Source: Lutibacter sp.
GTDB taxonomy: Bacteria > Bacteroidota > Bacteroidia > Flavobacteriales > Flavobacteriaceae
Assembly: GCF_041555395.1 (NCBI RefSeq)
Contig: NZ_JBFFKM010000008.1
Coordinates: 936-64,935 of the forward strand
Direction of reading: 5' to 3'
Length of the DNA: 64,000 nt
Shown: piece after piece, positions 45,878-54,562 of the stretch
Position numbering within the stretch: position 1 is the first letter of the stretch
How the letters are laid out: each line of letters opens with the position of its first letter
The notes under the pieces: generated by a model
Told to the model about the DNA's origin: nothing
The model's database searches: none
What the model saw: only the letters and a program-made list of their open reading frames with translations
Translations under genes and position numbers: made by a program

Positions 45878-46750
45878 ATGAATACACTAAAATCCCATTT
45901 CAGGTACAATACAAGCCAAAGAAATGGGATTTTCTTTTTACTGTTGTTTATTGTTTTTCTTCAAGGTATTTTCTTTTTTGTAGATTTTTCTTCGGATGAA
46001 ACCAATGCGGTGTCTCAAAACGAAATTGTTGCTTTTCAACATGAAATGGATTCGTTAAAGAGGGTGGAACTGGAAAACCGCATTCCGAAAATTTATCCAT
46101 TCAATCCCAATTTTATAACAGACTTTAAGGGGCATCAACTTGGAATGGGCCTTGATGAAATTGATAAATTGCTCGCGTTTCGTGCAAAAGGAAATTATAT
46201 CAATTCAACAAAACAATTTCAGGAAACAACAGGTGTAAACGATAGTTTATTGGCTGCAATAAGTCCCTATTTTAAATTTCCTGAATGGACAACTTCAAAG
46301 AATATCATTGAAAAACCCTATTCAAAAATCACGATAGAAAAATCAATCCTGAAAAAAGATATCAACTCAGTTTCTGCAGAAGATTTGAAAATGATTAACG
46401 GCATTGGAGAGAAATTGGCAAAAAGAATAATTGACTATAGAACAAAATTGCAGGGATTTTCAATAAATGATCAAGTATATGAAGTTTGGGCGCTGGATAA
46501 AGAAATTGCTGGTAAAGTTTTGCAGTATTTTGAAGTCACAAACCTGCCGAAAATTCAAAAGATCAACATCAATACTGCTACTTTTAAAGAAGTGTTGTCC
46601 ATTGTTTATTTAGATTATGAACTTACCAAAAAAATCTTCAATTATAAAAATCAGGTTGCTGAAATACAGTCCATACAAGAACTGAAAAAAATTGATGGTT
46701 TTCCTCTAGATAAATTTAACAGAATAGCGTTATATTTGGATGCTAAATAA
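45878..46750 (+). CDS. ComEA-like helix-hairpin-helix protein
   Basis: N-terminal TM; DINSVSAEDLKMINGIGEKLAKRII; ININTAT; LKKIDGF. Confidence 0.82.
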   Translation: MNTLKSHFRYNTSQRNGIFFLLLFIVFLQGIFFFVDFSSDETNAVSQNEIVAFQHEMDSLKRVELENRIPKIYPFNPNFITDFKGHQLGMGLDEIDKLLAFRAKGNYINSTKQFQETTGVNDSLLAAISPYFKFPEWTTSKNIIEKPYSKITIEKSILKKDINSVSAEDLKMINGIGEKLAKRIIDYRTKLQGFSINDQVYEVWALDKEIAGKVLQYFEVTNLPKIQKININTATFKEVLSIVYLDYELTKKIFNYKNQVAEIQSIQELKKIDGFPLDKFNRIALYLDAK

Positions 46751-46780
46751 TAAAACTAATATTTTAAGCTAACAGCCCCT

Positions 46781-47947
46781 ATGAATAGTATGTATTTTAC
46801 AGAAGAACACCAGGCATTCAGAAAAAGTTTTCAGGATTTTTTGCAGAAGGAAGTAGTTCCTCACATAGATAAATGGGAAAAAACCGGGACTGTAGAACGC
46901 TTTATTTGGAAGAAGTTTGGAGAAATGGGATATTTCGGATTAAATGTTTCTGAAGAAAATGGTGGTTTAGGTCTGGATATTTTTTATACCGTTATATTTT
47001 TAGAAGAACTTCAAAAAGTGAATTCGGGAGGTTTTGCGGCAGCGATGTGGGCACATGCTTATTTAGCGATGACTCATTTGGAAAAAGAGGGAAGCGAAGC
47101 CATAAAAAAGAACTATTTAACAGCAAGTATTGAAGGCGAAAAAACAGGTTGTTTGTGCATTTCGGAACCAATTGGGGGCTCTGATGTCGCTGCAATGAGA
47201 ACAACAGCAGTTAAAAAAGGTGATACTTATGTAATTAACGGCTCAAAAACATTTATTACCAACGGTGTTTATTCAGATTATTTAATAGTTACTGCAAAAA
47301 CAAATCTGGCAGCCAGAAACAAAGGTATCAGTATTTTTATAATGGATAGAAATACACCGGGAATTTCGGCAACAAAATTAGATAAGTTAGGCTGGAGAGC
47401 CTCAGATACGGCTGAAATCGCTTTTGATAACGTGGTGATTCCTGCTGAAAATTTAATGGGTGACGAAGGAAAAGGTTTTCAATATATTATGAATCATTTT
47501 GCCTTGGAGCGCTTGGTGATGGGAATCAATGCGCACGCAAGATCAGAATATGCTTTGGATTACGCGATGCAATATATGTCTGAACGCCATGCTTTCGGTA
47601 AATCAATAGATCAATTTCAGGCATTGCGACATAAAATTGCCGATTTGGCCAGTGAAGTTGAAATGTGCAAAGAATTTAATTATTCCGTAGCCAAAAGATT
47701 GAATGAAGGTCAGTATATTGTAAAAGAAGCGAGCATGTCTAAATTGGTTTCAACCAAAATAGCGGACAATGTAATTTATGAATGCCTGCAGTTTTTAGGC
47801 GGTTATGGTTATATGGAAGATTATCCCATGGCAAGATTGTTAAGAGACAGTCGTCTTGGCCCAATCGGAGGAGGGACTTCAGAGATTTTGAGAGAAATTA
47901 TTGCAAAAATGATTATTGATAAAAAGGAATATAAACCAGCGAAATAA
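46781..47947 (+). CDS. Acyl-CoA dehydrogenase
   Basis: CISEPIGGSD, INGSKTFITNG, KLGWRASDTAE, RHAFGK, QFLGGYGYMED, IGGGTSEI. Confidence 0.95.
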   Translation: MNSMYFTEEHQAFRKSFQDFLQKEVVPHIDKWEKTGTVERFIWKKFGEMGYFGLNVSEENGGLGLDIFYTVIFLEELQKVNSGGFAAAMWAHAYLAMTHLEKEGSEAIKKNYLTASIEGEKTGCLCISEPIGGSDVAAMRTTAVKKGDTYVINGSKTFITNGVYSDYLIVTAKTNLAARNKGISIFIMDRNTPGISATKLDKLGWRASDTAEIAFDNVVIPAENLMGDEGKGFQYIMNHFALERLVMGINAHARSEYALDYAMQYMSERHAFGKSIDQFQALRHKIADLASEVEMCKEFNYSVAKRLNEGQYIVKEASMSKLVSTKIADNVIYECLQFLGGYGYMEDYPMARLLRDSRLGPIGGGTSEILREIIAKMIIDKKEYKPAK

Positions 47948-47998
47948 TTCTAGCTACAATTATTTTGTCATATTTATAGTATATAATATAAATAGATG

Positions 47999-48006
47999 TA
48001 TATTTG
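47999..48006 (+). promoter_or_regulatory. -7 element (TATATTTG) for rpsU
   Basis: Exact TAnnTTTG. Confidence 0.65.
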
Positions 48007-48036
48007 CATTCCAAAAATTTAAAAGAGAACAGTTTG

Positions 48037-48046
48037 AAAGGAGGTG
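48037..48046 (+). promoter_or_regulatory. Strong Shine-Dalgarno of rpsU (AAAGGAGGTG)
   Basis: 7 nt before ATG; other starts I checked have A-rich non-SD leaders. Confidence 0.85.
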
Positions 48047-48053
48047 CTATACT

Positions 48054-48251
48054 ATGTTAATTATACCAATAAAAGACGGAGAAAATATTGATAGGGCGTT
48101 AAAACGTTATAAAAGAAAATTTGATCGTACAAAAACGATGAAAAATTTGCGTGCACGTAAACAATTCATAAAACCTTCAGTAACAAATCGTGCTAAAAAC
48201 ATTAAAGCCAAGTACGTTCAAAATTTAAGAACTACAGAAGAGCAAGGTTAA
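48054..48251 (+). CDS. rpsU: 30S ribosomal protein bS21
   Basis: MLIIPIKDGENIDRALKRYKRKF...FIKPSV; start set at 48054 after SD. Confidence 0.96.
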   Translation: MLIIPIKDGENIDRALKRYKRKFDRTKTMKNLRARKQFIKPSVTNRAKNIKAKYVQNLRTTEEQG

Positions 48252-48269
48252 TTTTTTAACCATTTCCAT

Positions 48270-48321
48270 AAACCGTTAGTAAATACAAATAACAATTCGT
48301 AAATTTGTGTACTAACGGTTT
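48270..48321 (+). terminator. Long hairpin/terminator after rpsU containing a -7 element (TAAATTTG, 48300-48307)
   Basis: AAACCGTTAGTA..TACAAAT / ATTTGTG TACTAACGGTTT then T-run. Confidence 0.6.
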
Positions 48322-48325
48322 TTTT

Positions 48326-49213
48326 ATGCCCATAACCTCATTTTTAAATTACCTAGCCTTAGAAAAAAAATATTCGAAACACACCATAACGGCTTATCAA
48401 AACGATTTAAATTCATTTCAAGCATTTTGCGATCAGGAATTTGGCAATGAAAGCATCGCAACTGTTAATTATGCTCAAATCAGAAATTGGATTGTTAGTT
48501 TGGTGAATTCAAAGATTTCCAATCGTTCCATAAACAGAAAAGTCTCCTCTTTAAAATCATTTTATAAATTTCTTCAGAAAATAAAACAAATAGAGGTAAA
48601 TCCTTTAGTGAAGCATCAGGCTTTAAAAGTATTGAAACAAGTTCAGGTTCCTTTTTCAGAAAAAGAAATTTTTAGCGTTCTAAATGCAGTAGATAAAGAA
48701 GGTGATTTTGAATCAGTGCGAAATAAATTAATTGTTGAATTGTTTTATTCAACCGGAATGCGGAGAAATGAACTTATCAATATTAAAATTACCGATATAG
48801 ATGATGTTAATGAAACTGTTAAAGTATTAGGAAAGCGGAATAAGGAACGTTATATTCCGTTATTAAAATCAGTGCGGGAATCATTAAAAAAATATCATGA
48901 GTTCAGGGGGGAAATTGAAAACGAGGAGCCTTATTTATTTTTAACAAAAAGCGGTAAAAAAATATATGATACACTTGTGTATCGTGTAATAAATAATTAT
49001 TTTAGTGCGGTGTCATCAAAAGTTAAAAAAAGCCCTCATGTAATAAGGCATTCTTTTGCAACACACCTGCTTAATGAAGGTGCTGATTTAAACGCAGTAA
49101 AAGAATTACTTGGACATTCTAGTTTAGCGTCAACACAAATTTATACCCACAGTAGTTTGGGGAAATTAAAGGAAGTATATAACCAGGCCCACCCAAGGAG
49201 CCAAAAAAACTGA
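48326..49213 (+). CDS. xerC: Tyrosine recombinase XerC-like
   Basis: SxHTITAYQND, STGMRRNEL, VKVLGKRNKER, SPHVIRHSFATHLLNEGADL, LLGHSSLASTQIY; start set at MPITSF. Confidence 0.85.
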   Translation: MPITSFLNYLALEKKYSKHTITAYQNDLNSFQAFCDQEFGNESIATVNYAQIRNWIVSLVNSKISNRSINRKVSSLKSFYKFLQKIKQIEVNPLVKHQALKVLKQVQVPFSEKEIFSVLNAVDKEGDFESVRNKLIVELFYSTGMRRNELINIKITDIDDVNETVKVLGKRNKERYIPLLKSVRESLKKYHEFRGEIENEEPYLFLTKSGKKIYDTLVYRVINNYFSAVSSKVKKSPHVIRHSFATHLLNEGADLNAVKELLGHSSLASTQIYTHSSLGKLKEVYNQAHPRSQKN

Positions 49214-49219
49214 TTTATT

Positions 49220-49519
49220 ATGAAAGTAATTGTACAATCTGTGAATTTTAATGCAGACAGGGAGCTTATTGATTTTGTTGAGAAAAAAGTAGCCAGTTTG
49301 GAAAAGTATTATGATAAAATTGTAGATTCTGAAGTGTTTTTAAAGGTGCAACAAACGAGTGAAAAGGAGAATAAATTGGTTGATATTAAAATTAATATTC
49401 CGGGGAATGATATTGTAGTTAAAAAACAATGCAAAACATTTGAGGAAGGCACTATGGTCGCGGTAGATTCTCTTAAAAGAAAGTTAACCAAAGAGAAAGA
49501 AAAAGTACGTGAAAAATAA
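49220..49519 (+). CDS. hpf: Ribosome hibernation factor HPF/RaiA
   Basis: QSVNFNADRELIDFVEKKVASLEKYYD, KLVDIKINIPG, LKRKL. Confidence 0.85.
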   Translation: MKVIVQSVNFNADRELIDFVEKKVASLEKYYDKIVDSEVFLKVQQTSEKENKLVDIKINIPGNDIVVKKQCKTFEEGTMVAVDSLKRKLTKEKEKVREK

Positions 49520-49567
49520 AATATTAAAAATTATCATAAAAGTTTTGTTTAAAAAATAAAACTTTAA

Positions 49568-49575
49568 TACATTTG
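49568..49575 (+). promoter_or_regulatory. -7 element (TACATTTG) for tRNA-tuf operon
   Basis: Exact TAnnTTTG 41 nt before the first tRNA. Confidence 0.7.
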
Positions 49576-49616
49576 CAGTCCGTTAGAAATAGCGGGCTTC
49601 TTTTATGGAGTAAAAA

Positions 49617-49690
49617 GCCGATGTAGCTCAGCTGGCTAGAGCAGCTGATTTGTAATCAGCAGGTCGTGGGTTCGAGTCCCTCTATCGGCT
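49617..49690 (+). tRNA. tRNA-Thr(TGT)
   Basis: GCCGATG/TATCGGC acceptor, GCTGA-TT-TGT-AA-TCAGC anticodon arm, GGTTCGAGTCC T-arm. Confidence 0.97.
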
Positions 49691-49802
49691 CAAAAATTTG
49701 AAATAATGCTCAGATGAAAAATGACTTCAAATGGAAGTGATTTAGATGGTGTAAAAGTGGAAATTTTATTCCGAGCGCAGTCGAAGAAGTATCTCTATCG
49801 GC
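49680..49802. repeat. 10-bp duplication of tRNA-Thr 3' end bracketing a REP-like sequence
   Basis: CTCTATCGGC at 49680-49689 and 49793-49802; CCGAGCGCAGTCGAAG at 49771-49786. Confidence 0.45.
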
Positions 49803-49818
49803 CAGATCTTTGAAAAAT

Positions 49819-49899
<81 letters not shown>

Positions 49900-49949
49900 C
49901 AAATGTTTTATAGTAATATAAAACATTAGGGAAATGAAAAAAAAATATT

Positions 49950-50022
49950 GCGAGAGTAGCTCAGTTGGTAGAGCTTCAGCCTTCCAAGCTGACTGTCGCC
50001 GGTTCGAGCCCGGTCTCTCGCT
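49950..50022 (+). tRNA. tRNA-Gly(TCC)
   Basis: GCGAGAG/CTCTCGC, TCAGC-CT-TCC-AA-GCTGA. Confidence 0.97.
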
Positions 50023-50032
50023 CTTTTTTTTG

Positions 50033-50104
<72 letters not shown>

Positions 50105-50168
50105 CAAAATTAGAATTGAAATTAACACTATTATATAACTAAGATTTAAAAATTAAAATTTAATAATC

Positions 50169-51356
50169 ATGGCAAAAGCAACCTTTGATCGTTCAAAACC
50201 ACATTTAAACATCGGGACAATTGGACACGTTGATCACGGTAAAACAACTTTAACAGCTGCTATTACTGTAGTATTAGCAGAAAAAGGATTTTGTGAAATA
50301 AAAAACTTTGATCAAATTGATAATGCTCCAGAGGAGAAAGAAAGAGGTATCACTATCAATACCGCACACGTAGAATATTCAACAGCGAATCGTCACTATG
50401 CTCACGTTGACTGTCCAGGTCACGCCGATTACGTTAAAAACATGGTAACTGGTGCTGCACAAATGGACGGCGCAATCATCGTTGTTGCTGCAACAGACGG
50501 ACCAATGCCTCAGACTAGAGAGCATATCTTATTAGGTCGTCAGGTTGGTATTCCAAGATTGGTTGTATTCATGAATAAAGTGGATATGGTTGATGACGAA
50601 GAGTTATTGGAACTTGTAGAAATGGAAATCAGAGATTTATTGTCTTTCTATGACTATGATGGTGACAACACTCCAGTTATTCAAGGATCTGCTTTAGGTG
50701 CTTTAAACAAAGAGCCAAAATGGATGGATAAAGTTATTGAATTGATGGATGCCGTTGATACTTGGATTGAATTACCAACACGTGATATTGACAAACCTTT
50801 CCTTATGCCGGTTGAAGATGTATTTTCAATTACTGGTCGTGGTACAGTTGCAACTGGTCGTATAGAAACAGGTGTTGCAAATACAGGTGATGCAGTTGAG
50901 ATTATTGGTATGGGAGCTGAAAAATTAACTTCTACAGTTACTGGAGTTGAAATGTTCCGTAAAATATTAGATAGAGGTGAAGCAGGTGATAACGTTGGTA
51001 TCTTATTAAGAGGTATTGCAAAAGAAGATATCAAAAGAGGTATGGTAATTTGCAAACCAAAATCGGTTACACCACATGGTAAATTTAAAGCTGAGGTTTA
51101 CGTTCTTAAAAAAGAAGAAGGTGGTCGTCATACACCATTCCATAATAACTATCGCCCACAGTTTTACGTTCGTACAACGGATGTAACAGGTACAATTATG
51201 CTTCCTGAAGGTGTTGAGATGGTTATGCCAGGTGATAACTTAACGATTCACGTAGAATTACATCAAAAAATCGCATTAAATGTTGGTTTACGTTTTGCAA
51301 TCCGTGAAGGTGGTAGAACAGTTGGTGCAGGTCAAGTAACAGAATTATTAGATTAA
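50169..51356 (+). CDS. tuf: Elongation factor Tu
   Basis: [31 protein letters not shown]. Confidence 0.99.
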   Translation: MAKATFDRSKPHLNIGTIGHVDHGKTTLTAAITVVLAEKGFCEIKNFDQIDNAPEEKERGITINTAHVEYSTANRHYAHVDCPGHADYVKNMVTGAAQMDGAIIVVAATDGPMPQTREHILLGRQVGIPRLVVFMNKVDMVDDEELLELVEMEIRDLLSFYDYDGDNTPVIQGSALGALNKEPKWMDKVIELMDAVDTWIELPTRDIDKPFLMPVEDVFSITGRGTVATGRIETGVANTGDAVEIIGMGAEKLTSTVTGVEMFRKILDRGEAGDNVGILLRGIAKEDIKRGMVICKPKSVTPHGKFKAEVYVLKKEEGGRHTPFHNNYRPQFYVRTTDVTGTIMLPEGVEMVMPGDNLTIHVELHQKIALNVGLRFAIREGGRTVGAGQVTELLD

Positions 51357-51418
51357 TAAAATACACCTGATACAAGATAAATTATAGGTGCTTCTTATAA
51401 GAGGGGCACCTTGTATTT

Positions 51419-51491
51419 ACGGGTGTAGCTCAGTTGGTAGAGCACTGGTCTCCAAAACCAGGTGTCGGGAGTTCGAGTCTCTCCACCCGTG
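51419..51491 (+). tRNA. tRNA-Trp(CCA)
   Basis: ACGGGTG/CACCCGT, CTGGT-CT-CCA-AA-ACCAG. Confidence 0.97.
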
Positions 51492-51505
51492 CAAAATTTG
51501 AAAAA

Positions 51506-51694
51506 ATGAATTTAATCAATTACATAAGAGACTCATTTGAAGAGTTACGCAATAAAGTCTCCTGGATTTCTTGGGAAGAAGCTCAAAAATCGACTGTTGT
51601 TGTTGCTATATTTACAATATTATTTGCATTGGCGGTATTTGCTGTAGATAAAGTTTTTCAATCAGTATTAACTGAATATTTTAAACTATTTTAA
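51506..51694 (+). CDS. secE: Preprotein translocase SecE
   Basis: YIRDSFEELRNKVSW..WEEAQKSTVVV + TM; start set after tRNA-Trp. Confidence 0.93.
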   Translation: MNLINYIRDSFEELRNKVSWISWEEAQKSTVVVAIFTILFALAVFAVDKVFQSVLTEYFKLF

Positions 51695-51708
51695 TTGGTA
51701 AAATTAGT

Positions 51709-52260
51709 ATGACAGATTCTGTTAAAAAATGGTATGTTGTTAGAGCAATTGGAGGACAAGAGAATAAGGTGAAAACTTATATCGAAAATGAGATTGCCCG
51801 TTTAGGCATGACCGATTATGTTGATAGAGTTCTTGTACCCTCAGAAAAAGTTATTCAAGTGCGTAATGGAAAAAAAATAAACAAAGAACGTGTTTATTTT
51901 CCTGGGTATGTAATGATTGAAGCAAACTTAAGTGGTGAACTGCCGCATATCATTAAATCAATTCCTGGAGTTATCGGATTTTTAGGAGAGGTTAAAGGAG
52001 GAGATCCTGTACCTATGAGAAAATCTGAAATTAACCGAATGCTGGGCAAAGTTGATGAGTTATCAGTTCAAAATGATAATGTTGCAATTCCTTTTACTGT
52101 TGGAGAAACGGTAAAAGTAATTGATGGACCATTTAATGGTTTTGACGGCACTATTGAAAAAATAAATGAAGAAAAAAGAAAACTTGAAGTAATGGTTAAG
52201 ATTTTTGGCAGAAAAACGCCATTAGAATTAAGTTACATGCAAGTTGAAAAAATTTCATAA
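51709..52260 (+). CDS. nusG: Transcription factor NusG
   Basis: WYVVRAIGGQE, FPGYV, KOW GETVKVIDGPFNGF, IFGRKTPLEL. Confidence 0.98.
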   Translation: MTDSVKKWYVVRAIGGQENKVKTYIENEIARLGMTDYVDRVLVPSEKVIQVRNGKKINKERVYFPGYVMIEANLSGELPHIIKSIPGVIGFLGEVKGGDPVPMRKSEINRMLGKVDELSVQNDNVAIPFTVGETVKVIDGPFNGFDGTIEKINEEKRKLEVMVKIFGRKTPLELSYMQVEKIS

Positions 52261-52334
52261 TTGTTACAGAAATAATGAGAGATATTATGCATTAGCTTCC
52301 AATTTTTGTATAATATATAATTTAAGATTTAAAG

Positions 52335-52778
52335 ATGGCAAAAGAAATTAGTAAAGTAGTAAAATTACAGGTTAGAGGAGGTGCGGCAAACCCATCACCA
52401 CCAGTTGGACCTGCTTTGGGTGCTGCCGGAGTTAATATTATGGAGTTCTGTAAGCAATTTAATGCAAGAACTCAAGACAAACAAGGAAAGATTTTACCAG
52501 TAGCAATTACTGTTTATAAAGACAAGTCTTTTGAGTTTGTTGTTAAAACTCCACCAGCGGCAATGCAAATTATGGAAGCTGCTAAAGTTAAAAAGGGTTC
52601 TTCTGAACCTAACCGTAACAAGGTAGCTACAGTAAGCTGGGATCAATTAAGAGTTATTGCTGAAGATAAAATGCAAGATTTAAATGCATTTACAATCGAA
52701 TCAGCTATGATTATGATGGCTGGTACAGCACGCTCAATGGGTGTTAATGTAAGTGGAGAAGCTCCTATAAAAAAATAA
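52335..52778 (+). CDS. rplK: 50S ribosomal protein L11
   Basis: [28 protein letters not shown]. Confidence 0.99.
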   Translation: MAKEISKVVKLQVRGGAANPSPPVGPALGAAGVNIMEFCKQFNARTQDKQGKILPVAITVYKDKSFEFVVKTPPAAMQIMEAAKVKKGSSEPNRNKVATVSWDQLRVIAEDKMQDLNAFTIESAMIMMAGTARSMGVNVSGEAPIKK

Positions 52779-52791
52779 AACAGTTATTAAA

Positions 52792-53481
52792 ATGGCAAAA
52801 TTAACTAAAAAGCAAAAAGAAGCACATGCTAAGATTGATAAAAATCTTGCATACTCTTTAAAAGACGCTTCCGCTTTAGTAAAAGAAATTACAAGTGTAA
52901 ATTTCGATGCATCTATTGATATAGCTGTTAGATTGGGAGTAGATCCTCGTAAAGCGAATCAAATGGTTAGAGGCGTAGTTACATTACCGCACGGAACCGG
53001 AAAAGATGTTAAAGTATTGGCATTGGTAACTCCAGATAAAGAAGCAGAAGCTACAGAAGCTGGCGCTGATTATGTTGGATTAGATGAATACCTTCAAAAA
53101 ATTAAAGAGGGTTGGACTGATGTGGATGTTATTATCACTATGCCAAGTGTAATGGGTAAATTAGGTCCCTTAGGTCGTGTTTTAGGGCCAAGAGGTTTAA
53201 TGCCAAACCCTAAAACAGGTACAGTTACAATGGACGTTGCAAAAGCAGTAAAGGAAGTTAAAGCTGGTAAAATTGACTTTAGAGTTGATAAAACTGGTAT
53301 TGTACACGCAGGTATTGGGAAAGCATCATTTGATGCCGAACAAATTACTGACAATGCACATGAAATCATCAATACTTTGGTAAAACTTAAGCCTACAACG
53401 GCTAAAGGAACTTATATTAAAAGTATTTATATTTCAAGTACAATGAGCCCTGGAGTTAATATTGACACAAAATCAGTTTAA
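52792..53481 (+). CDS. rplA: 50S ribosomal protein L1
   Basis: [36 protein letters not shown]. Confidence 0.99.
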   Translation: MAKLTKKQKEAHAKIDKNLAYSLKDASALVKEITSVNFDASIDIAVRLGVDPRKANQMVRGVVTLPHGTGKDVKVLALVTPDKEAEATEAGADYVGLDEYLQKIKEGWTDVDVIITMPSVMGKLGPLGRVLGPRGLMPNPKTGTVTMDVAKAVKEVKAGKIDFRVDKTGIVHAGIGKASFDAEQITDNAHEIINTLVKLKPTTAKGTYIKSIYISSTMSPGVNIDTKSV

Positions 53482-53503
53482 TTAAAGTTAAAACTTAGTA
53501 ATT

Positions 53504-54019
53504 ATGACGAGAGAAGAAAAATCACAAGTAATAGAAGCTTTAACAACCAAATTAACTGACGGAAAGGTTATCTATTTTGCAGATATATCAGGGTTAAATG
53601 CTTTACAAACATCAAATTTACGCAGAGCTTGTTTTAAAGCAAATATAAAACTGGCAGTTGTTAAAAACACATTGCTTAATAAAGCAATGGACAAATCTGA
53701 TAAAGATTTCGGAGATTTACCATCGGTATTAAAAGGAAACACTTCTTTAATGATATCCGAATCAAGTAATGCTCCGGCTAAATTAATTAAAGATTTCAGA
53801 AAAAAATCACTTATTCCTTTGTTAAAAGGAGCTTATGTTGAAGAAGCAATCTATATTGGTGACAATCAATTAGAGTCTTTGGTTAACATAAAATCTAAAG
53901 AACAAGTTATTGGAGATATCATTACTTTATTACAATCGCCTGCTAAAAATGTTATTTCAGCATTGCAATCAGGAGGTAATAAATTATCTGGAATTCTTAC
54001 AACATTATCAGAAAAATAA
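53504..54019 (+). CDS. rplJ: 50S ribosomal protein L10
   Basis: VVKNTLL, LKGNT, KSKEQVIGDII; position between rplA and rplL. Confidence 0.96.
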   Translation: MTREEKSQVIEALTTKLTDGKVIYFADISGLNALQTSNLRRACFKANIKLAVVKNTLLNKAMDKSDKDFGDLPSVLKGNTSLMISESSNAPAKLIKDFRKKSLIPLLKGAYVEEAIYIGDNQLESLVNIKSKEQVIGDIITLLQSPAKNVISALQSGGNKLSGILTTLSEK

Positions 54020-54065
54020 ATACGCGCACTAAATAAACTAAATAATAAAATTTAAACAAAGAGAA

Positions 54066-54440
54066 ATGGCAGATTTAAAAGATTTCGCAGAGAAACTTGT
54101 TAACTTAACAGTTAAAGAAGTAAATGAGTTGGCTAAAATATTAAAAGATGAATACGGTATTGAACCGGCAGCAGCAGTTGCGGCAGCAGGTCCTGCAGCA
54201 GGTGGAGGTGAAGAAGAAGCAGAAGTAAAAACTGAATTCGATGTAATTTTAAAAGCAGCTGGAGACTCTAAATTAGCAGTCGTTAAATTGGTTAAGGAAT
54301 TAACCGGTTTAGGCCTTAAAGAAGCTAAAGGTATTGTAGATAGCGCACCAGCACCAATTAAAGAAGGTATTTCTAAAGATGAAGCAGAAGGTTTAAAAGC
54401 TGCATTAGAAGAAGCTGGAGCTGAGGTTGAGCTTAAATAA
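54066..54440 (+). CDS. rplL: 50S ribosomal protein L7/L12
   Basis: EKTEFDV-like, [23 protein letters not shown]. Confidence 0.99.
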   Translation: MADLKDFAEKLVNLTVKEVNELAKILKDEYGIEPAAAVAAAGPAAGGGEEEAEVKTEFDVILKAAGDSKLAVVKLVKELTGLGLKEAKGIVDSAPAPIKEGISKDEAEGLKAALEEAGAEVELK

Positions 54441-54465
54441 GCTTTCATTAGCTAACACAATTTAA

Positions 54466-54500
54466 GGTTTAGGTCTGGGTGAAAGCCTCAGACCTAAACC
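54466..54500 (+). other. Stable GNRA-capped hairpin in rplL-rpoB spacer
   Basis: GGTTTAGGTCTG-GGT-GAAA-GCC-T-CAGACCTAAACC. Confidence 0.7.
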
Positions 54501-54562
54501 GCTTTGTGTATATATTCGTTCTTATATTTTCATAGTTTTTATTAACTTAAAGTTTTTGTCCA

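Noticed and set aside
51434-51505. N-terminal extension of the secE ORF
   Set aside because: It is a reading through tRNA-Trp; the real start is ATG 51506.
52261-52334. L1-binding autoregulatory leader before rplK
   Set aside because: Weak pairing only; I could not match the known L1 site with confidence.
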